Of a stretch of DNA of 64,000 bases, positions 58,627-64,000 are shown piece after piece. This DNA comes from Candidatus Liptonbacteria bacterium (GTDB taxonomy: Bacteria > Patescibacteriota > Minisyncoccia > UBA6257 > 2-01-FULL-56-20). Position numbers and translations under genes: made by a program. The notes under the pieces were generated by a model, which saw nothing but the letters and a program-made list of their open reading frames with translations, did not search any database and was not told the DNA's origin. The stretch lies in assembly GCA_016194445.1 (NCBI GenBank), contig JACQBP010000040.1, forward strand, positions 20,402-84,401, read 5' to 3'. The stretch's first letter is position 1. Every line of letters starts with the position of its first letter.

Positions 58627-60300
58627 GTGAATAAATTTCGAAAAATTTTTTTGAGTCTTTCATTAAAAGAGCAGAGGGTGTTTTTGGCGGCGAGTTTGGT
58701 TTTAATTTTATCCTTAGTGATACTCGGAGCTAATCTTTTGGGAAAATCAACGGAGGCGCTACCGGTGGGTGGCGGGGAGTATACGGAAGGAATGGTGGGG
58801 CAGCCAACTTTTGTTAACCCAGTGACGGCGAAGACGGAAGTGGATAAAAGTTTGGTGGCATTAATTTTTAGCCGGGTGGACGAGGTGGCCACTCAAATCG
58901 ATAATTTGAAAGATAAACCTTTAATCTGGAAGGTGAGGGTGAAAGAAGGATTGGTTTGGCCAGATCAAGAGAAATTAACGAGTGACGATATTGTTTTTAC
59001 CGTTTCGAAAATTCAAGATGAAGACATGCACTCGCCGAGCGCTCCGGATTGGCAAGGAGTGCGGGTCGAGAGACTGAGCGAGTTGGAAGTGAACTTTACA
59101 ATCGCGGCGCCAGATGCCTCTTTTTTAAATAATTTAAAAAATCTTTACATTTTGCCCAGCCATATTTTCAAGAGCATCCCCGCGCCTAACTGGCGAATCT
59201 CGGACTATAATTTAAGCCCTTTAGGAGGCGGTCCTTATAAATTTGTGACTTACGAAAAGCAAGCCAACGGTTTTATTAAAGAATATCACTTGAAGGCGAA
59301 TCCGAATTATCCTGGCGAGACCCTGATTCAAACGATCAACTTAAAATTTTACGAAGAAAAAAATGGTTTGCTAAAAGATTTTAATCGAGGTGGGGTGGAT
59401 GGGGTGGGTGGCTTAGTCGCGAAAGATCTAGAGGAGATAAAAAGGCCTTATGAAGCTTTATCTTTCCGACTACCTAACTACTACGCGATTTTTATGAACC
59501 AGAGCAAAAATGAAGCCCTGAAAGATGGAGGAGTCAGGAGAGCTCTGGAGATGCTGACGCCAAAAAATAACCTGGTCGACGAGATTTGGGGAGGACGAGG
59601 GAAGGTTCAAAACGGCCCGATTCCAGTCGACGCGCCTTATTTTTATACCGAAGAAAAAACGTCCGAAAAGACAGGAGTGCAGTTACTCGAGGCCGCGGGG
59701 TGGACGACGCCAGAGGCAACCAGTCAAACTCAAGGAACCGAAACCCCTGTGGGAGTGAGGCAAAAAACTATAAATAAAAAAACTTTCGGCCTCCAGTTTA
59801 ATTTGACGGTGCCAGATATCCCGTTTCTGGTTCAAACGGCCAAAAAAATAAAAGAGGCTTGGGAGGGGGCAGGAATGGAGGTAAAGATGGTCACCTTGCC
59901 GATAGAAGAAATTGATGGAAGAGTGATCAAAAATAGAGATTACGAACTGTTGCTCTACGGCAATATTCTTAGCGCGGACTCGGATCTTTTCCCTTTTTGG
60001 CATTCATCGCAAAGGTTTTACCCGGGGTTAAATTTTTCTCTTTACAGCAATCCTCAAGTCGACAAAATGCTCGAAAAGGCAAGGCAGACACTCGAATACG
60101 GAGAGCGGCAACAAATTTTCGCCAAAATCCAGAACCTGATAAATTCAGATAACCCGGCGATATTTTTATATTCACCGGATTATATTTATGCAGTGAAAAC
60201 AGATTTAAAGGGAGTCACCCCTAGTTTTATCGCCGAGCCGGCCGATCGGTTTAAATCAATCGGCAAGTGGTACTTGAAGACCGCGAGAGTATTTAAATAA
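58627..60300 (+). CDS. Peptide ABC transporter substrate-binding protein (SBP family 5), membrane-anchored; GTG start likely
   Basis: GGEYTEG.VGQP.FVNP, LTSDDIVFT, GPYKF, FWHSSQ..GLNFS.Y.N. Confidence 0.88.
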   Translation: MNKFRKIFLSLSLKEQRVFLAASLVLILSLVILGANLLGKSTEALPVGGGEYTEGMVGQPTFVNPVTAKTEVDKSLVALIFSRVDEVATQIDNLKDKPLIWKVRVKEGLVWPDQEKLTSDDIVFTVSKIQDEDMHSPSAPDWQGVRVERLSELEVNFTIAAPDASFLNNLKNLYILPSHIFKSIPAPNWRISDYNLSPLGGGPYKFVTYEKQANGFIKEYHLKANPNYPGETLIQTINLKFYEEKNGLLKDFNRGGVDGVGGLVAKDLEEIKRPYEALSFRLPNYYAIFMNQSKNEALKDGGVRRALEMLTPKNNLVDEIWGGRGKVQNGPIPVDAPYFYTEEKTSEKTGVQLLEAAGWTTPEATSQTQGTETPVGVRQKTINKKTFGLQFNLTVPDIPFLVQTAKKIKEAWEGAGMEVKMVTLPIEEIDGRVIKNRDYELLLYGNILSADSDLFPFWHSSQRFYPGLNFSLYSNPQVDKMLEKARQTLEYGERQQIFAKIQNLINSDNPAIFLYSPDYIYAVKTDLKGVTPSFIAEPADRFKSIGKWYLKTARVFK

Positions 60301-60373
60301 GAGAAAACTGTCCCGCCCGAGGACACGACTTTGTGGTTTGATAAAGTTTGGTTTTTAAGATAACTGTGATAGG

Positions 60374-60721
60374 ATGGGAGAAATTAAAATGACTAAAGAA
60401 GAGATCAAAAAATATAAAGGGGTGCTCGAGCAAGAAAAAGCGCGCTTAGAAAAGGAAGTGGCGGAACACGAAAAACTGGTGGACTTTGGAGTCGATATTG
60501 ACGGGGCGGACGAGGAGGCGGACGAGGCGGAGGAGATGGGAAACCAAATGGCGATTAGCCACGATCTTAGAAAGAGGCTCACGGAAATCGAGGGAGCGTT
60601 CGACCGAATGAAGAATGGAACGTACGGGAAATGCGTCAGATGCGGAGGTGAGATTTCGAAGGAAGTTTTGGAGATTGTGCCGGAGTCGGAGTTGTGTGCT
60701 AAGTGTAAGAAAGCAGGTTAA
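60374..60721 (+). CDS. TraR/DksA C4 zinc-finger protein
   Basis: GTYGKCVRCG.EI...L...P...LCAKC. Confidence 0.88.
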   Translation: MGEIKMTKEEIKKYKGVLEQEKARLEKEVAEHEKLVDFGVDIDGADEEADEAEEMGNQMAISHDLRKRLTEIEGAFDRMKNGTYGKCVRCGGEISKEVLEIVPESELCAKCKKAG

Positions 60722-60749
60722 AGGTTGTAGGTGTTAGGTTATAGATCAG

Positions 60750-62276
60750 ATGCAAAAGAATTTAGCGAAAGTTTATTCGGCGGAACTCGAAGGAATCAAC
60801 GCGCGGTTGATTGAGGTGGAGGTTGACTTAAATGTCGGCCTTCATGCTTTTAATATCGTAGGGCTCGCGGATAAGGCCCTGAACGAAGCGAAGGAGAGAG
60901 TGAACTCGGCTTTAAAAAACGCCGGGGTGAAGCCGCCGAATCGAGAGAATCGAAAAATTACGATTAATTTGGCGCCGGCGGATGTGAAAAAAACCGGGTC
61001 GCAGTACGATTTGGCGATTGCGCTCGGATACCTCCTTTCGACCGGACAGATTAAAAACTTTGAAGCGAAAGATAAAATTTTTTTGGGCGAGTTGGCGTTA
61101 GACGGCCGGCTCCGGCCGATCGCGGGAGCTTTAAATATGGCGCAGTTGGCGAAAGAGGAAGATTTTCAATATCTTTTTTTGCCCGAAGAGAACGCGAATG
61201 AAGCGGCGGTGGTTCACGGAGTAAAGGTGATCCCAATTGATAATCTTCAAGACGCGATAGATTTTTTGGAGGAGCGAAAAGAGATTTCGCCAGCGGTTTT
61301 TAAGGTTCAACATACCAGATCAAGCGTGGTGCCAGATTTTTCCGAAATTAAGGGACAAGAGAACGCCAAGCGAGCGCTCACGATTGCCGCCGCGGGCGGG
61401 CACAATCTTCTGATGATCGGGCCGCCGGGGGTAGGAAAAAGTTTTTTGGCTCAAGCGACGGTGGGGATTTTGCCGGATTTAGGGCGAGAAGAAGCGATTG
61501 AGGTGACAAAAATTTACAGCGCCGCTGGACTAAATCCCGGAGGACTCATAATGTCTCGGCCTTTTCGAACACCGCACCAGACAGCATCATTAATCGCAGT
61601 GACGGGCGGAGGGACTTACCCCCGGCCAGGCGAGATTAGCTTAGCTCACCGAGGCGTGCTTTTTTTGGATGAAGTGCCGGAGTTTCAAAAAAATATTTTG
61701 GAGGCTCTGCGGCAACCGATGGAAGCGGGGGAGGTACACGTGGCCCGCGCTAAGGGCACGCTCGCGTTCCCGGCAAAATTTTCTTTGGTCGCCGCGATGA
61801 ACCCTTGCCCTTGCGGTTTTTACGGCGACGAGGAAAAAGAGTGCCGATGCACGGCTTACGAAGTCATTCGCTACCAGAAGAAACTTTCCGGGCCTATGCT
61901 AGACCGGATTGATCTTCAAATCAAAGTGCCGCGCGTGAAAATCGCGGAGCTTAGAGAGCGGAAAAATCTGAAGCCGGCGAGTCCAGAAATTAAAGCTCAA
62001 GTAGAGAGAGCTCGCTCGATTCAGGCGGCGCGGTTTAAAAATTCTAAGATTAGAACTAACGCCGAGATGAGTTCAAAACAAACCGAGGATTTGGTTAATT
62101 TGGAACCAGCGGCGGAAGATTTCTTAAAAACTTTTGACAAGACGCGGCTCTCGCCCCGAGGCTACTATCGCCTTATTAAAGTGGCTCGCACGATTGCGGA
62201 TTTAGAAGGAAAAGAAGGGGTTTCTGAAAATCATTTGGCGGAAGCGTTTAGTTATAGATTGAGGGAGGAGATGTAG
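60750..62276 (+). CDS. comM: YifB/ComM Mg-chelatase-like AAA+ ATPase
   Basis: INLAPAD, GELALDG, GPPGVGKS, PGEISLAHRGVLFLDE, NPCPCG, LDRID. Confidence 0.95.
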   Translation: MQKNLAKVYSAELEGINARLIEVEVDLNVGLHAFNIVGLADKALNEAKERVNSALKNAGVKPPNRENRKITINLAPADVKKTGSQYDLAIALGYLLSTGQIKNFEAKDKIFLGELALDGRLRPIAGALNMAQLAKEEDFQYLFLPEENANEAAVVHGVKVIPIDNLQDAIDFLEERKEISPAVFKVQHTRSSVVPDFSEIKGQENAKRALTIAAAGGHNLLMIGPPGVGKSFLAQATVGILPDLGREEAIEVTKIYSAAGLNPGGLIMSRPFRTPHQTASLIAVTGGGTYPRPGEISLAHRGVLFLDEVPEFQKNILEALRQPMEAGEVHVARAKGTLAFPAKFSLVAAMNPCPCGFYGDEEKECRCTAYEVIRYQKKLSGPMLDRIDLQIKVPRVKIAELRERKNLKPASPEIKAQVERARSIQAARFKNSKIRTNAEMSSKQTEDLVNLEPAAEDFLKTFDKTRLSPRGYYRLIKVARTIADLEGKEGVSENHLAEAFSYRLREEM

Positions 62277-62372
62277 TGGTTTTATGAGCTTTAAGAGTCA
62301 TATAGCGCTATATGTGACTTGCGTGGAATATACTTGCCCTACTTGATATAATAAAGGTATTATCATTTACTA

Positions 62373-62543
62373 ATGAAAAAGTTGATTAAATTTTTACAAC
62401 CCAAAAAGATGGAGAAAAAGAGACTCCTCGTTTCGCCCATAGAGAGAGAAGAGTTGGAGAAGAAGGCGGTTGAAGGAGCAAAAAAAGCAGTAAAAGAATA
62501 CCGCCGAGTTTTTGAGCGTCTAGCAGAATATGATAGAACCTAG
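62373..62543 (+). CDS. Small putative antitoxin (56 aa, not in the ORF track)
   Basis: MKKLIKF...AVKEYRRVFERLAEYDRT*; overlaps the doc start. Confidence 0.7.
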   Translation: MKKLIKFLQPKKMEKKRLLVSPIEREELEKKAVEGAKKAVKEYRRVFERLAEYDRT

Positions 62544-62985
62544 CCATATTCACTATATTGATTTAGTGATGATGGAAAAAATGTGCCATCCAATCGCGGT
62601 GAATCTTTATGACTCAATGGCAGAACCTATGCCGAAATTCACCGATCACGAGGGAGCTTTGCTAGATTCAGCACTTAAAAATCCACAACAGAGTTACTAT
62701 CCGACTTTTACAAGAAAAGCGGCAGTTCTTTACTACGGGTTAATAAAGAATCATCCATTTAAAAATGGAAATAAGAGAACGGCAACCGCTTCGTTGCTTG
62801 TTTTCTTGTTTATTAATAACTTTTGGTTGGGAGTGCCTGACAACGAATTTGAGAGGGACATTGATGACTATCTAGTGAATCTTGCTCAAAAAGTCGCCAG
62901 ATCGGAGGGATCAAGCGGACGAGATAAATTTCTTGCAGAAATCGAAACTTGGTTATCAGAACATATTGTTGTTGCTAAAAAATAG
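62530..62985 (+). CDS. Fic/Doc-family toxin (death-on-curing type)
   Basis: LLDSAL..P, KAA, HPFKNGNKRTA. Confidence 0.9.
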   Translation: MIEPSHIHYIDLVMMEKMCHPIAVNLYDSMAEPMPKFTDHEGALLDSALKNPQQSYYPTFTRKAAVLYYGLIKNHPFKNGNKRTATASLLVFLFINNFWLGVPDNEFERDIDDYLVNLAQKVARSEGSSGRDKFLAEIETWLSEHIVVAKK

Positions 62986-63017
62986 CCATGATTCTAAAAT
63001 TTTCGAATATGCCCCAG

Positions 63018-63105
63018 ACGATTGCGGACATCGAAGGGAGTGCGGGGGGGTTCCGAAAATCATTTGGCGGAAGCGTTTAGTTATAGGTTAAGAGAGGAGG
63101 TGTAA
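63018..63105 (+). repeat. Diverged duplicate of the comM 3' end (62190-62276)
   Basis: 32-nt identical core gaaaatcatttggcggaagcgtttagttatag (62226-62257 = 63055-63086). Confidence 0.9.
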
Positions 63106-63143
63106 AAATTTGTATTTTGCAAGAATGGTAGTATAATAGAGAT

Positions 63144-63728
63144 ATGAATGTGAGTAAGATTAAAATTTTTAGGAAACTACTTGGGGTAATTTCGATAATT
63201 TCTCTGGTTATTTTTCTTACTTCACTTTTGCCTTTGTTGTCGGTAGGAGGTTGTAACACTAATTCCGAACTTAAGGATCTAAATAATCCTAGTAATATAA
63301 ATATATCAGTTACTCCGAATAAATGTATTGGTGGTTTTAAAGTAACGAACAACGGAGATGGTATAAGTTTAATTGCGATTAGAGGAAATATAGAAACTTT
63401 TGACGGTAAAAAACGCGGTTTTCTTTCAAATACTTTAGTGTGTGTGAGTTGGTTTGATAGGAGTAATTGGTCAGAAAAAATCGTTAGCCCAATAAATAGT
63501 ACTGAAACATGTGAGCCTTTTATTTTGGAGGCTGGAAAAGCATACCAATTTTACAGAGTAACAGGACCCTGGGAATTAACAACAAATAGAGGAACTGTAA
63601 CTGGAGTGTCAAAATCTTACAGTGCGCTTGGAAATTTTCACTTACTTTTCTTACTTAATTTATTCGTACTCATATTTTCCTATATTTTTTACACGATTCT
63701 TAAACGAAAAGCGAGAATGAAATCTTAG
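63144..63728 (+). CDS. Hypothetical protein with N- and C-terminal TM helices
   Basis: AT-rich ORF; TATAAT 6 nt before the ATG; 4 Cys in the soluble domain. Confidence 0.7.
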   Translation: MNVSKIKIFRKLLGVISIISLVIFLTSLLPLLSVGGCNTNSELKDLNNPSNINISVTPNKCIGGFKVTNNGDGISLIAIRGNIETFDGKKRGFLSNTLVCVSWFDRSNWSEKIVSPINSTETCEPFILEAGKAYQFYRVTGPWELTTNRGTVTGVSKSYSALGNFHLLFLLNLFVLIFSYIFYTILKRKARMKS

Positions 63729-63748
63729 GGCTACTAATACATTCTGCC

Positions 63749-63791
63749 AAAACCCTAAAAACCCCGCATAACGCGGGGTTTTTAGGGTTTT
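63749..63791. terminator. Bidirectional terminator
   Basis: Perfect 19-bp stem aaaaccctaaaaaccccgc / gcggggtttttagggtttt between convergent genes. Confidence 0.85.
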
Positions 63792-63812
63792 CTCTGACTT
63801 AGAATTCCCTTT

Positions 63813-63998
63813 TTAGATGTAACCAGAATCGCTCTCGCCGATCAGACCAGGACTGAGAGGCATAGCTTCGGGAGTGGAATTAAGGATCGGCTCGAAGTTG
63901 GGTTCGAGACTAGGAGTTTGGTCGGGCATCACTTCAGGCTCGGTGTTTTTTAATTTCTTTTCTGGATGACGGAAAAAGATGAGCCAAAGAATAAAGAG
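63813..63998 (-). CDS. 3' end of a hypothetical membrane protein (runs off the window)
   Basis: Open frame LFILWLIFFRHPEKKLKNTEPE...SGYI*. Confidence 0.5.
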   Translation of the reverse strand, partial: LFILWLIFFRHPEKKLKNTEPEVMPDQTPSLEPNFEPILNSTPEAMPLSPGLIGESDSGYI

Positions 63999-64000
63999 GA

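Noticed and set aside
60715-60745. Short degenerate aggtt repeats (similar low-complexity spacer at 4515-4560)
   Set aside because: Too short and degenerate to assign a function.

Overview
This is a bacterial window in genetic code 11. The gene set (rny, gpmI, holin-like protein, secG, peptide SBP, TraR/DksA, comM; O-antigen ligase plus TPR-like protein; YfhO; many apparently leaderless genes) strongly suggests Patescibacteria/CPR (Parcubacteria-like); this is inference, not a database result. About 3.1-53.9 kb is one very large surface-glycan locus, mostly on the minus strand. It holds a GDP-heptose pathway (hddA, gmhA, gmhB, hddC), a domain-reversed HldE-like enzyme, gmd with three divergent Fcl paralogues, rmlA/rmlB, a ThDP enzyme, PanB, two aminotransferases, a B12 radical SAM enzyme, five CgeB-type and five GT2 glycosyltransferases, six methyltransferase-like genes (two frameshifted in G/C runs), Wzx, YfhO and a ligase. 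Self-contained cassettes with their own promoter, Shine-Dalgarno and terminator are inserted within it. Most notable non-coding observations: a ~300-nt multi-stem, double-pseudoknot RNA candidate and a 6S-like hairpin between rny and gpmI; a MITE inserted at the gpmI start codon; an IS200/IS605-like mini element; a palindromic in-frame insertion in hddC; and a Doc toxin-antitoxin islet between duplicated comM 3' ends. All family calls come from motif reading by eye; no searches or folding programs were run.
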